A stretch of DNA of 64,000 nt from Candidatus Eiseniibacteriota bacterium (GTDB lineage Bacteria > Eisenbacteria > RBG-16-71-46), in the NCBI GenBank assembly GCA_031370785.1, contig JANMQY010000107.1:9217-73216 (forward strand), given 5' to 3'. The notes beneath the pieces were generated by a model that saw only the letters and a program-made list of their open reading frames with translations, made no database searches and was not told the origin of the DNA. Numbering within the stretch: the stretch's first letter is position 1; each line of letters starts with the position of its first letter. The position numbers and the translations under genes are program-made. Positions 1 through 9,759 of the stretch are shown piece after piece.

Positions 1-5
1 CGGGC

Positions 6-590
6 TTACCAGCCGGCTTTGCCCTGGACGCCGTACGTCGAGAAGTGATAGAGCGGCGCGTAGACCGTAAGGCCGGTGACGTTGACCGCGCTGCCGGGCA
101 CCGGACGCCACACCCCCGCCAGCTCGTCGAACCAGACCGTCTCCAGCTTCGAGATGAGCGGCGTATCTGCCCCAGCGACGTTCGAGCTGAGCACGACCGG
201 AAGCCGGAAGTGGTTGGCCGAGGCCGGCGAGATGTTCAACTCGACCTTCATCTGCGACGCATCCGGCACGTTGATGCTGATGGTCGCCGATCCTGAGAAC
301 GCCAGAGGCGGCACGACCAGCGTGAAGCGTCCGACCTGGAGCGTTCCGCCGAGCAGACCGTTGATGAGTTTCGAGCCCGACGTCGGCCCCGGCAGTGCCG
401 GCACATCGACGATCTTGACTTCAGCGAGCGCCGGATCGAGCGGGACAGTGGACGCCTCATCGTCGATCGAGACAACGCGCGTATCCGCCGCGCTCACCGG
501 CGGGGCACCGAGGGCGGCGGGGAGCAGCAGCGTCAGTATGAACGCCGCAGCCGCCGTGAACTGGCTGGAACTGAATGAGTCGCGCTTCAC
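6..590 (-). CDS. Secreted hypothetical protein, ZU5-like beta domain with C-terminal HFS motif
   Basis: GTG at 590 preceded by GGAG; hydrophobic signal peptide; GGTL..FTLVVPPLAF...F..PVVL...W.PV...HFSTYGV pattern resembles ZU5-type domains. Confidence 0.6.
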   Translation of the reverse strand: MKRDSFSSSQFTAAAAFILTLLLPAALGAPPVSAADTRVVSIDDEASTVPLDPALAEVKIVDVPALPGPTSGSKLINGLLGGTLQVGRFTLVVPPLAFSGSATISINVPDASQMKVELNISPASANHFRLPVVLSSNVAGADTPLISKLETVWFDELAGVWRPVPGSAVNVTGLTVYAPLYHFSTYGVQGKAGW

Positions 591-884
591 TGGATATCTC
601 CGATTTCTTCCGCCTGGAAGCGGAGTCGAGGGGGTCGATCGCACTCCGGTTCGCACGGGCGGCGCCGGGTGCCTCTGAGGTGCCGGGCTCCGCGCCGTCC
701 TTCGCACATACCCAACGCACGCCGCGTGCCCCTTCCGGCATCCCACTGTCCATTTCGGGCCACCCTTGCGCCGCAACGACCTGGCGGGGCGCTTGTGAAC
801 GCGCCGGCACAAGCATTGTGGGGCGCAATTCGCGCAACGGCGGTTTGCAATGGGCGGTTGGGGGTGTTCTCCCCGGCCCATGAG

Positions 885-918
885 AAAAAACCCCCGACGC
901 CACGGCTGGCGTCGGGGG
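885..918 (-). terminator. Intrinsic terminator of the cysteine synthase-JAB-MoeZ-M48 operon
   Basis: 12-bp stem CCCCCGACGCCA/TGGCGTCGGGGG with 4-nt loop, followed by TTTTTT on the minus strand, just past the M48 stop codon. Confidence 0.85.
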
Positions 919-933
919 CAGATTCCGGGAGGG

Positions 934-2385
934 CTAGCGGGTCCGCCCGGGCACCACGATCTTGAGGAGCTGCCCGCTCTGCACGGTCTCATCCGGCTGA
1001 AGGTTGTTGAGCACCGAAGTCTCGGCAGGCGTGATGGCCTGGGCGCCGAAACCCGCGAGCACGCTCGGGAGCGGTCCCGACGTCTTCGCCGCGACCACGC
1101 GCACGCGCTCGGGCACCGGCGAGAGCCGCGTCCGATCGGTCAGCGCACTGAACGAGCGGGCGCTCGCGAGAATGGTGCGCTCGTCCGCGCTGCCGTTCGC
1201 GCCGACCTGGCCGAGGATCTGGAACATCTGATCCGGCGAGCGGCGAATCCACACCGCCACCAGTGTGACCGGCGTCGCGCCCTGCTGAGCCACGCTTACC
1301 CTGCCCACCCACGCTTCGAATCCGCCGATGTTCTCGCGCGCACCGGTCTGCGCGGAGATCTTGCCCGCGCGCAGCAGCTGATCGACGTAGGCCGAGGGCG
1401 AGAGCGCACCGGCCGAAGCGAGCGTGAGCTGGATCGCCGCGCTCTGGTTGCTCGAGGCCGCCACCACCGAGGAGCGCGAGTTCTGATACTTCCAGCCCGC
1501 GGGGAAGCTCATCTGGAATCCGAGCGCGGGATGGTAGAAGCGTTCGCCCTCGAAGTAGCCCTGCCGCGGATCGTTTCCATACACCACGCCCTCCAGGCGC
1601 TGCACGTAGGCGCGCGAACGGATCAGCAGTCCGCTCTTCCCCGCTGCCGCGGCGTTGGCGAGCGCGGTGGTGTGCGCTTCGCGGTCGCCCGGATCCGGGT
1701 GCGTCGAGAGGAATGAGGGAATGCTCTGCCCCGAGACCTCGCTGATGCGCTTGAGCACGGCGTAGGTGGACGGGATCTCGCGCGGGTCATAGCCCGCCTT
1801 GGTCGCGTACTCGACTCCCAGCTCATCCGCCTGATTCTCGTTGTCGCGGCTGTACTTGAGGAACAGGAGTCCGAGTCCCTGCTGGGCCACATCGCCGAGT
1901 CGCCGCACCTGATCCGAAAGTATCGAGGCCACGCCCAGCCCGAGTCCGTAGAGCTGCTGCTTGGTGATCTGCTCGGCGGTGTGGCGATGGGTCACGTGCC
2001 CGATCTCGTGGCCGAGCACTCCGGCGAGCTGCGACTCGGAGTTCAGGTACGCGAGGATGCCGCGCGTGATGTAGATGTAGCCGCCCGGCATCGCGAACGC
2101 GTTGACCGCGGGATCGTCGAGCACCGTGAAGTGCCAGGTGAGGCCGGGCAGGTGCGAGACGCGCGCGAGCTTCTGGCCGACGCTGTCGACGTACGCCTGA
2201 ATCCCGTTCTCATCGTACGCGCCGTACTCGGCGATGACCGCGGGGTACGCATCGCGCCCGATCTGATCTTCCTGCGCGCTGCTGACCAGCGAGATCTCCT
2301 GCCGTCCCGTGACTGGATTGGTGGCGCAGCCTGCCGCCAGCAATGCGCCCGCGCCGAGCAGCGCGAGTCTTCGCCGTCGTTGCAT
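934..2385 (-). CDS. M48 family zinc metalloprotease lipoprotein (BepA/YfgC-like) with C-terminal LysM-like segment
   Basis: Lipobox LAAGC; CATNPVTG start; NAFAMPGG, HEIGH, E..ADELG and STHP motifs; RBS GGAGG. Confidence 0.9.
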   Translation of the reverse strand: MQRRRRLALLGAGALLAAGCATNPVTGRQEISLVSSAQEDQIGRDAYPAVIAEYGAYDENGIQAYVDSVGQKLARVSHLPGLTWHFTVLDDPAVNAFAMPGGYIYITRGILAYLNSESQLAGVLGHEIGHVTHRHTAEQITKQQLYGLGLGVASILSDQVRRLGDVAQQGLGLLFLKYSRDNENQADELGVEYATKAGYDPREIPSTYAVLKRISEVSGQSIPSFLSTHPDPGDREAHTTALANAAAAGKSGLLIRSRAYVQRLEGVVYGNDPRQGYFEGERFYHPALGFQMSFPAGWKYQNSRSSVVAASSNQSAAIQLTLASAGALSPSAYVDQLLRAGKISAQTGARENIGGFEAWVGRVSVAQQGATPVTLVAVWIRRSPDQMFQILGQVGANGSADERTILASARSFSALTDRTRLSPVPERVRVVAAKTSGPLPSVLAGFGAQAITPAETSVLNNLQPDETVQSGQLLKIVVPGRTR

Positions 2386-2403
2386 GGTCGATTCCTCCCT
2401 GGG

Positions 2404-3978
2404 TCAGTAGCGGGGGACCAATGGATCCACGTCGCGCGACCATGAATCGATGCCGCCGCGCAGGTTCCGGAGCTTGCGAAATCCAGATGAGTAAAGGTAC
2501 TCGAGCGCGCGCATGCTGCGCTGGCCGTGGTGGCAGTGCAGCACGATCTCGCGGCTGCTGTCGAGCTCCGAGAGCCGCGCCGGAAGCGAGTTCAGCGGAA
2601 TCAGTCTGGCGCCCTCGATGTGCGCGATCTCGAATTCGTGCGGCTCGCGGACGTCCACCAGATCGAAGTCCTCGCCGCGCGCCCGCCGCGCCTGGACCTC
2701 GCGCGCATCGACCTCCCAGCGCGCGGCCGACTCGGTCGCGGCCTCGACCGGCGTGATCCCGCAGAACTGTTCGTAGTCGATCAGCTCCTTGATGGTGGGG
2801 TTCTCGCCGCAGATCGGGCAGGCGGGATCCTTGCGCAGCTTGAGCTCGCGGAAGCGCATCGCCAGCGCGTCGAACAGCAGCAGCCGTCCGACCAGCGTCT
2901 CGCCGACGCCGAGGATCAGCTTGAGCGTCTCGATGCCCTGGATCACGCCGATCACGCCCGGCAGCACGCCGAGCACGCCGCCCTCGGCGCACGAGGGCAC
3001 GAGCCCGGGCGGCGGCGGATCCGGATACAGGCAGCGGTAGCAGGGACCGACCCGGGCATCGAACACGCTGGCCTGTCCTTCGAAACGGAAGATGCTCCCG
3101 TAGACGTTGGGCTTTCCGAGCAGCACGCACGCGTCGTTCACCAGGTAGCGCGTCGGGAAGTTGTCGGTGCCATCCACCACCACGTCGTAGGCCCGCATCA
3201 GGTCGAGCGCGTTCTCGCTGGAGATGCGCGTCTCGTGCCTGTCCACCCGCACGTTCGGGTTGAGATCCGTAAGGCGCGCGACCGCCGACTCGAGCTTCGA
3301 CTTGCCGACGCTCGAAGTGCCGTGCAGGACCTGGCGCTGCAGGTTGCTCTCGTCCACCACATCGAAGTCGACGATGCCGATTCTCCCGACTCCGGCCGCG
3401 GCCAGGTAGAGCGCGAGCGGAGAGCCGAGTCCGCCGGCGCCGATGACCAGCACGCTCGCGGCCTTGATCCGGCGCTGCCCGGCGAGCCCGACTTCGGGCA
3501 GGATCAGGTGGCGGCTGTAGCGCAGCAGCTCTTCCTGCGAGAGCGGCGGCAGACCATCGGCGCCGGTCGCCCACGCGGGCTGGGTGCGCGTGGGCGCGGC
3601 GGACGCAGCTCGCGGCAGTCCTGCCGGCGGCGCCGACGCGGCGGATGGCGAGGACGCGGCGGAAGTCGCCGCTCTCCCGGAGCCGACCCGCGCGTCGTTG
3701 CCGCCCGCGATGCTGGGCACGATGCTCAGCGTGTCGTTGGCGGAAAGCGGCGTGGCCTCGCGCTCGAGGTGGCGCACGTCTTCGTCGTTGCGATACACGT
3801 TCACGAACCCGCGCAGCCGGCCCGAATCGTCATAGAGATGGCGCTTGAGTCCCGCGTGGCGCTCGACCAGACGACTCAGAGCCTCGCCGACCGTCGAGGC
3901 CTCGACTTCGACCACCGACTGCTGAGCGGCGTAGGGACGCAAAGGCGTGGGAATCCGAATCCGGGTGACGATGCTCAT
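2404..3978 (-). CDS. moeB: Fusion of MoaD/ThiS/CysO-like ubiquitin-like sulfur carrier with MoeB/ThiF E1 adenylyltransferase and rhodanese (MoeZ-type)
   Basis: N-terminal beta-grasp (IRIPTPLR...IVPSIAGG), Ala/Pro/Ser linker, RYSRH, GAGGLG, SNLQRQ, CYRC/CPIC zinc pairs, CAEGGV, rhodanese CHHGQRS. Confidence 0.93.
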   Translation of the reverse strand: MSIVTRIRIPTPLRPYAAQQSVVEVEASTVGEALSRLVERHAGLKRHLYDDSGRLRGFVNVYRNDEDVRHLEREATPLSANDTLSIVPSIAGGNDARVGSGRAATSAASSPSAASAPPAGLPRAASAAPTRTQPAWATGADGLPPLSQEELLRYSRHLILPEVGLAGQRRIKAASVLVIGAGGLGSPLALYLAAAGVGRIGIVDFDVVDESNLQRQVLHGTSSVGKSKLESAVARLTDLNPNVRVDRHETRISSENALDLMRAYDVVVDGTDNFPTRYLVNDACVLLGKPNVYGSIFRFEGQASVFDARVGPCYRCLYPDPPPPGLVPSCAEGGVLGVLPGVIGVIQGIETLKLILGVGETLVGRLLLFDALAMRFRELKLRKDPACPICGENPTIKELIDYEQFCGITPVEAATESAARWEVDAREVQARRARGEDFDLVDVREPHEFEIAHIEGARLIPLNSLPARLSELDSSREIVLHCHHGQRSMRALEYLYSSGFRKLRNLRGGIDSWSRDVDPLVPRY

Positions 3979-4436
3979 CCACTGGCTCCATCCGGTTCGC
4001 GCGCCGCCTCAGGCGCGGTCAATTCGAGAGGTTCGGGGTCGAATCGGGAGCGATCTTCGGCGAGGCGCCAGGACTGCGTGTCGTAGGGCTGTCCCTGGCG
4101 CACGCTCACGATCAGATAGGAATAGTAGGGCCATGCGTGCTCGACGTCGAATGCCGAAGGGAGCGCGGGATGATCGGGATGCGAATGGAAGAATCCGACC
4201 ACGTCGAGTCCGCGCGCACGCGCCTCCTTCTCGGCCGCGAGGAACTGCTCGGGCGCGATCACGTAACGATTCTGGCGCGAGTCGGTGCGCTGGTTCTCGA
4301 TGGTCACGACCGCCTCGACTTCGCGATGCGCGCCGACATCGCGGCCCAGCAGCACGCCGCACCCTTCCTCGGGATAGGCGGCGCCCAGGTGAGCGTGCAC
4401 CTTCTCCGTCTCCGCCGCGCGCAGCCTCAGCGTCAC
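3975..4436 (-). CDS. JAB/Mov34 (M67) metallopeptidase, Mec-like
   Basis: YPEEGCG and HSHPDHPALPSAFD JAMM motif; GTG overlaps the upstream stop (GTGA) and its stop overlaps the next ATG (ATGA). Confidence 0.9.
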   Translation of the reverse strand: MTLRLRAAETEKVHAHLGAAYPEEGCGVLLGRDVGAHREVEAVVTIENQRTDSRQNRYVIAPEQFLAAEKEARARGLDVVGFFHSHPDHPALPSAFDVEHAWPYYSYLIVSVRQGQPYDTQSWRLAEDRSRFDPEPLELTAPEAAREPDGASG

Positions 4437-5362
4437 GCCTCCTCCCACATCGGCTCGCTCATGTAGCGCTCGGCGCCATCCGGCAGGATCGCGACGATCA
4501 CGCCGCGCGTGAGCCCACGCGCCACGCGTTCGGCCGCAACCAGCGCAGCTCCCGCCGACCAGCCGAGCAGCAGGCCTCGCCGCGCCTGACGCCTGACCAT
4601 GGCGATCGCCTCCTCGCTCGCGACTTCCACGGTGCGTTGGTGCGTGGCGGGATCGTAAATCGACGGCACCATGGCGCTCGCCAGATGCTTGAGTCCTTCG
4701 AGCGCGTGATAGGGCGAGTCGGGCTGGACCGCGATCGCCTCGATCGAGGAATCGTGCTCGTGCAATCCCCGGGCGGTTCCGACCAGCGTGCCCGACGTGC
4801 CGATGCCAGCGACCAGATGCGTCACCCGGCCCGCGGTATCGGACCAGATCTCCTCGGCGGTGGTGCGATGGTGCGCGCGCCAGTTTTCCGGATTCGAATA
4901 CTGGTCCGGATAGAACCACCGCGGGGGGTCTTCCGCCACGAGCCGGCGCGCTTCGATGATTGCGCCATCGGCTCCGTCCATCGAATCGGTGAGCGTCACT
5001 TGGGCGCCGAGCGCGGCGAGCAGACGCTGGCGCTCCGCATTCGCGTTCGCGGGCACGCACAGATGCACGCGGTGTCCGCGGGTCGCGCCGATCCAGGCGT
5101 ACGCAATCCCGGTGTTCCCCGAGGTCGCATCGATCAGGGTTCGGCCGGGCCTGAGCCCGCCCGAGATCTCCCCCGCGCGAACCATCGCCCATGCCGCCCG
5201 GTCCTTGACCGAGCCGCCGGGGTTGAACCACTCGGCCTTGCCCAGCACCGAGACCTCGTCCGGCAGGCCCTCGAGCCCTGAGATCGGCACCAACGGCGTA
5301 TGGCCGATGAGGTCGACCAGCCCCGAGTAGCCGGCGGCGCGGATGAGATCAGAGACGTTCAT
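4433..5362 (-). CDS. cysM: PLP-dependent cysteine synthase (CysM/CysK family)
   Basis: IGHTPLV, NPGGSVKDR (PLP lysine), ATSGNTG, DQYSNPEN, GIGTSGT; alternative start at 5461. Confidence 0.88.
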   Translation of the reverse strand: MNVSDLIRAAGYSGLVDLIGHTPLVPISGLEGLPDEVSVLGKAEWFNPGGSVKDRAAWAMVRAGEISGGLRPGRTLIDATSGNTGIAYAWIGATRGHRVHLCVPANANAERQRLLAALGAQVTLTDSMDGADGAIIEARRLVAEDPPRWFYPDQYSNPENWRAHHRTTAEEIWSDTAGRVTHLVAGIGTSGTLVGTARGLHEHDSSIEAIAVQPDSPYHALEGLKHLASAMVPSIYDPATHQRTVEVASEEAIAMVRRQARRGLLLGWSAGAALVAAERVARGLTRGVIVAILPDGAERYMSEPMWEEA

Positions 5363-5496
5363 GGGAGACCGATTCGATGCGCGGCCGATGCTTTGGGTCC
5401 CGCTGATTTCCTGAAGCGGCCCGGCAGTCGCCGATTCCGGACGTGTTTGCCCCCCGGTCATTGGCAATCGCCGCAGGCCACGGCTACGATGCCGCG

Positions 5497-6495
5497 GTGA
5501 TCCTCGCCGGTGACGTCGGTGGCACCAAGACCCATCTCGCTCTCTACGCGCCCGAGGCGACTCCGCGCCGGCCCGCGTTCGACCGGATCTACGCGAGCCA
5601 CGAGCACCCGTCACTCGACTCGCTGATCAAGGCCTTTCTGGTCGAGGCGGGGGGCGCACGAATCGAGCGAGCGGTGTTCGGAATCGCAGGCGTCGTGGTC
5701 GGGAATCGCGGTGAGACCACCAACCTGCCGTGGCACGTGGACGGCCTTTCGATCGCAAAGATGCTCGGCGGCGCGGCCGTGACCCTGATCAACGACCTCG
5801 CCGCCACCGCACACGGACTGGACCTCTTGGGCGAGGCCGAGCTGGAGACGCTTCAGCCGGGCAGCATCCCGGAGCTGGTCGAGCGCGCGCACGGGTCGCG
5901 CGCAGTGATCGCGGCGGGCACCGGGCTCGGCATGGTCGCCACGTTGCGTGACGGAACGCACACGGTCGTTGCGCCCTCGGAGGGCGGTCACGCCGATTTC
6001 GCGCCGCGCACCGACGAGGAGATCGCATTGCATGGCTGGTTGCGCGTGCGCTACGGAAGGGTGAGCGCCGAGCGCGTGCTCTCCGGCCGCGGGCTCGCCG
6101 ACATCCATCGCTTTCTCGGAGAGCGAAAGCGCGGCGCAGAGAGTGCAGAATTCGCGGCGCGCTTCGCGGCAGCCGACGATCCGGCGGCGGTCGTGACCGC
6201 GGGCGCGCTCGCTGGGAGCTGCGAGCGCGCGGTGCTGGCGCTCGGACTTTTCGTCGAGGCGTATGGCGGTGAAGCTGGAAATCTGGCGCTGCGCGCGCTG
6301 CCGATCGAGGGCCTGTTCCTCGGCGGCGGAATCGCGCCGCGCATCCGTTCCGCGTTTCGCGACGGGCGCTTTCTGAACGCGTTTCGGGACAAGCCACCGA
6401 TGACCGAGCTGCTGGAGCGCATTCCAGTGCATCTGATCCTCGAGCCAAAGACCGCGCTGTGGGGCGCCGCCGCACTGGCGCTCGCACGCGACTGA
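5497..6495 (+). CDS. glk: Glucokinase
   Basis: ILAGDVGGTKT, LINDL, AGTGLG, SEGGH, ERVLSGRGL, GGGIAP motifs. Confidence 0.93.
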   Translation: MILAGDVGGTKTHLALYAPEATPRRPAFDRIYASHEHPSLDSLIKAFLVEAGGARIERAVFGIAGVVVGNRGETTNLPWHVDGLSIAKMLGGAAVTLINDLAATAHGLDLLGEAELETLQPGSIPELVERAHGSRAVIAAGTGLGMVATLRDGTHTVVAPSEGGHADFAPRTDEEIALHGWLRVRYGRVSAERVLSGRGLADIHRFLGERKRGAESAEFAARFAAADDPAAVVTAGALAGSCERAVLALGLFVEAYGGEAGNLALRALPIEGLFLGGGIAPRIRSAFRDGRFLNAFRDKPPMTELLERIPVHLILEPKTALWGAAALALARD

Positions 6496-6507
6496 AGGAG
6501 AATCATC

Positions 6508-8532
6508 ATGTCGGTCACCCCTTCTTCCACCGGGCGCGCGACGCTCGAGCAGCTCGCGGTGAACACCATCCGCTTCCTCGCGGTGGATGCGGTCGAGAAA
6601 GCGAAGAGCGGGCATCCCGGCATGCCGATGGGCATGGCCGACGTCGGCTACGTGCTCTGGACTCGTTTCCTGCGCCACGATCCGCGCGATCCGGACTGGC
6701 CGGGGCGCGACCGATTCGTGCTCTCGGCCGGGCACGGCTCGATGCTGCTCTACGCATTGCTCCATCTGAGCGGCTACGACCTGCCGATGGACGAGCTCGA
6801 GCGCTTCCGCCAGCTCGGCAGCCGCACCCCCGGACATCCCGAGCACGGACACACGGCGGGCGTCGAGACCACGACCGGCCCGCTCGGCCAGGGCTTTGGC
6901 AACGGAGTGGGCATGGCGGTGGCCGCGAAGATGCTGGACGCGCGATTCGGTGATGCGAAGTTCTCGCCGGGCGCATGGCGGGTGTGGGGCATCGTGAGTG
7001 ACGGCGACATGATGGAGGGCGTGGCTTCCGAAGCCGCATCGCTCGCCGGCCACTGGGGCCTCGGCAACCTGACCTGCATCTACGACGACAACCACATCTC
7101 GATCGAAGGGGACACCGCGCTCGCGTTTACCGAGGACGTGGCGAAGCGCTTCGACGCGTACGGCTGGCACGTGCAGCGCGCCGATCCCTACGATCGCGAA
7201 GCCATTGCCACCGCGCTCGAGCGCGCCGCGGCCGAAATCGCGCGTCCGAGCCTGGTGATCTGCCGCAGCCACATCGCCTACGGTGCGCCGAACAAGCACG
7301 ACTCCGCCTCCGCCCACGGCGAGCCGCTCGGCGCCGAAGAAGTCGCGGCTACCAGGCGCGCTCTCGGCTGGCCCGAGTCGCCCACCTTTTTCGTTCCCGA
7401 CGATGTTCGCGCGCATTTCGCGGATCGCGCCTCCGAGCTCGCCCGCGATCACGCGGCGTGGAACCAGCAGCTGGCGGAGTGGCGCACGCGCAATCCCGAG
7501 CGCGCGGCGGCGTGGGATGCGCTGATCGCGCGCCGCGTCCCGGCCGATCTCTATCCGCGCCTGATCTCGACCGCACCCGCCGGCGCTGCTGCGACGCGCG
7601 CGCACGGCAACGCGGTGCTCCAGCAGGCCGCGGCGCTGGTGCCGCAGCTGGTCGGGGGCAGCGCCGACCTCGAGCCGTCGACCAAGACCTGGATCAAGGG
7701 CTCCGAGGCGATCGCCCGCGGCAAATTCGAAGGGCGCAATTTCCACTTCGGCGTGCGCGAGCACGGCATGGCGTCGATCGCGAACGGTCTCGCGCTCTCC
7801 GGGTTCATTCCCTACGGCGCCTCGTTCCTGATCTTCACCGACTACTGCCGCCCGTCGATCCGGCTGAGTGCGCTGATGAAGCAGCAGGTGATCTGGGTGT
7901 TCACCCACGACAGCGTGTTCCTCGGCGAGGACGGGCCGACCCACGAGCCGATCGAGCACCTGACCGCGCTGCGCGCGATCCCTGACCTGCTGGTGATCCG
8001 TCCCGCGGACGGGCTCGAGACCGCCGCGGCGTGGGCGCTCGCGCTCGAGCGGCGCGATGGCCCGACGCTGATCGTGCTCACCCGCCAGACTCTTCCCGCG
8101 ATCGAGCGCCCCGCGGACTTCGATGCCGCGGTGCTGCGTCGCGGCGGCCACGTGCTGCGCGAATCGAAGACAGCGGGCGCGCCCACCCTGATCGCGACCG
8201 GCTCCGAGGTGGGGCTCGCGATCGAAGCGGCGAAGAAGCTGGAGTCGGACGGCGTGGCGGTGCGCGTGGTGAGCATGCCCGCTCCGCAGAGCTTCCTGGC
8301 CGAAGACTCCGCCTGGCGCGAGCGCGTGCTGCCCGCGGCATCGCGACGCGTCTCGCTCGAGGCCGGCAGCACCGACTACTGGCACCGGTTCATCGGCGAG
8401 CGCGGACTCGCGATCGGCATCGACCGCTACGGCGTGTCCGCACCGCTCAAGGACGTGCAGGAATACTTTGGCTTCACGCCGGACAAGGTGGCGGCCCGCA
8501 TCCGAGAATGGCTCGCGGGGTCCGGGGGGTGA
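6508..8532 (+). CDS. tkt: Transketolase
   Basis: SGHPGMPMG, RDRFVLSAGH, TTGPLGQG, DGDMMEG, FGVREH, GEDGPTHEP; RBS AAGGAG. Confidence 0.98.
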   Translation: MSVTPSSTGRATLEQLAVNTIRFLAVDAVEKAKSGHPGMPMGMADVGYVLWTRFLRHDPRDPDWPGRDRFVLSAGHGSMLLYALLHLSGYDLPMDELERFRQLGSRTPGHPEHGHTAGVETTTGPLGQGFGNGVGMAVAAKMLDARFGDAKFSPGAWRVWGIVSDGDMMEGVASEAASLAGHWGLGNLTCIYDDNHISIEGDTALAFTEDVAKRFDAYGWHVQRADPYDREAIATALERAAAEIARPSLVICRSHIAYGAPNKHDSASAHGEPLGAEEVAATRRALGWPESPTFFVPDDVRAHFADRASELARDHAAWNQQLAEWRTRNPERAAAWDALIARRVPADLYPRLISTAPAGAAATRAHGNAVLQQAAALVPQLVGGSADLEPSTKTWIKGSEAIARGKFEGRNFHFGVREHGMASIANGLALSGFIPYGASFLIFTDYCRPSIRLSALMKQQVIWVFTHDSVFLGEDGPTHEPIEHLTALRAIPDLLVIRPADGLETAAAWALALERRDGPTLIVLTRQTLPAIERPADFDAAVLRRGGHVLRESKTAGAPTLIATGSEVGLAIEAAKKLESDGVAVRVVSMPAPQSFLAEDSAWRERVLPAASRRVSLEAGSTDYWHRFIGERGLAIGIDRYGVSAPLKDVQEYFGFTPDKVAARIREWLAGSGG

Positions 8533-9419
8533 GCGCACCGGCCGCAGCGCCCTCCAGCACCCGGCCCTGGCTCGCGTTCGGGACCTGCGGCGTGATCTGG
8601 GGCAGCACGTTCCTCGTCATCTCGATCGGCAACGACACGCTCGCCCCGGTATGGGCCGCTGCGCTGCGCCTGCTGCTGGCCGCGATCCTGCTCACCGCCT
8701 GGACGATGCTTCGCCGGGTCGCGCTGCCGAAAGGCGCCGCGCTGCGAACCGCCCTCATCTATGGCGTGTGCCAGTTCGGCATCAACCTCCCGCTCCTCTA
8801 CTGGGGCGAGAAGCTGGTGCCCTCGGGACTCTCGGCGGTGTTCTACGCGACCATTCCGCTGTCGAGCGCGCTCATGACCCGCGCGCTCGGAATGGAATCG
8901 CTCAATGCCTTCAAGATCGTCGGCGCGCTCACCGCGTTCGGCGGGGTGGCGGTGCTGTTCTCTTCCAGCTATCACGGCGAGATCGCGCCCATCGGCATGC
9001 TCGCGATCTTCGCTGCCGCCACGATCGCGGGGTTCGGCGTCATTCTCCTCAAGCGGGGCCCGCGCCAGGACCCGATCGCGGCCAACGCGGTCGCCACCGC
9101 GGTCGGCGGGGTGATGTCGCTCGCGATCAGCTTCGGGATGCGCGAGGCGCACATGCTCCCGGTCACCCTGGCTTCGGCGCTGCCGCTCCTCTACCTCACG
9201 CTCGCGGGATCACTCGGCGCGTTCGTGATCATGTCGTGGCTCGTCAATTACTGGCCGGCGACCCGCGTGAGCTACATCTCGGTGATCGTGCCGGTGATCG
9301 CGCTGGTGCTGGGGAGCGTGGTGCGCCACGAGCGGCTGACCCTGGTCAGCCTCGCCGGTTCCGCGCTGGTGCTGGTCGGATTGCTGATCGGCATGCGCGG
9401 ATCAACGGGCGGACACTGA
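8529..9419 (+). CDS. EamA/DMT family transporter
   Basis: IWGSTF start, about 10 hydrophobic segments in two repeats; GTGA overlap with the tkt stop. Confidence 0.88.
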   Translation: MSAPAAAPSSTRPWLAFGTCGVIWGSTFLVISIGNDTLAPVWAAALRLLLAAILLTAWTMLRRVALPKGAALRTALIYGVCQFGINLPLLYWGEKLVPSGLSAVFYATIPLSSALMTRALGMESLNAFKIVGALTAFGGVAVLFSSSYHGEIAPIGMLAIFAAATIAGFGVILLKRGPRQDPIAANAVATAVGGVMSLAISFGMREAHMLPVTLASALPLLYLTLAGSLGAFVIMSWLVNYWPATRVSYISVIVPVIALVLGSVVRHERLTLVSLAGSALVLVGLLIGMRGSTGGH

Positions 9420-9450
9420 GGAACGAAGTCCAGCGGCGAACCTGCCGACC

Positions 9451-9759
9451 TCACTTCAGAAACCATTGCCGTTCGTGCCATGCCAGCACCAGCAACGACG
9501 TGGTCGCGATCAGCCAGCCGAGTGCCCACGGAGGGCGGCGGTGGATGAAACGGCCGATCGCCATTCCGGACAGGCCGCCCACGGCCGCGTACAGAAGCCA
9601 GCCGTACCATCGGACTGCCGGCTCTCCCGGAACGGCCAGGAATCCCCACGAGTCGAGCCCGGGAAAGAAGTAGATCGCCGGCCAGGGCAGGAGAACAGCC
9701 ACCGTGTAGGCCAGCACCGCGCCAACCGTGGCGCCCCACCACGCCGCGGGCCTTCTCAC
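9451..9759 (-). CDS. Small membrane protein (about 3 TM), unknown function
   Basis: Trp-rich hydrophobic 102-aa frame; GTGA overlap with the upstream gene. Confidence 0.7.
   Translation of the reverse strand: MRRPAAWWGATVGAVLAYTVAVLLPWPAIYFFPGLDSWGFLAVPGEPAVRWYGWLLYAAVGGLSGMAIGRFIHRRPPWALGWLIATTSLLVLAWHERQWFLK

Noticed and set aside
5412..5437. Sixth sigma28-type promoter upstream of glk (TGAAG..GCCGATTC)
   Set aside because: Spacer is 13 nt rather than the 15 nt shared by the five accepted sites; a similar case at 23260-23284 has a 12-nt spacer and ACCGAT
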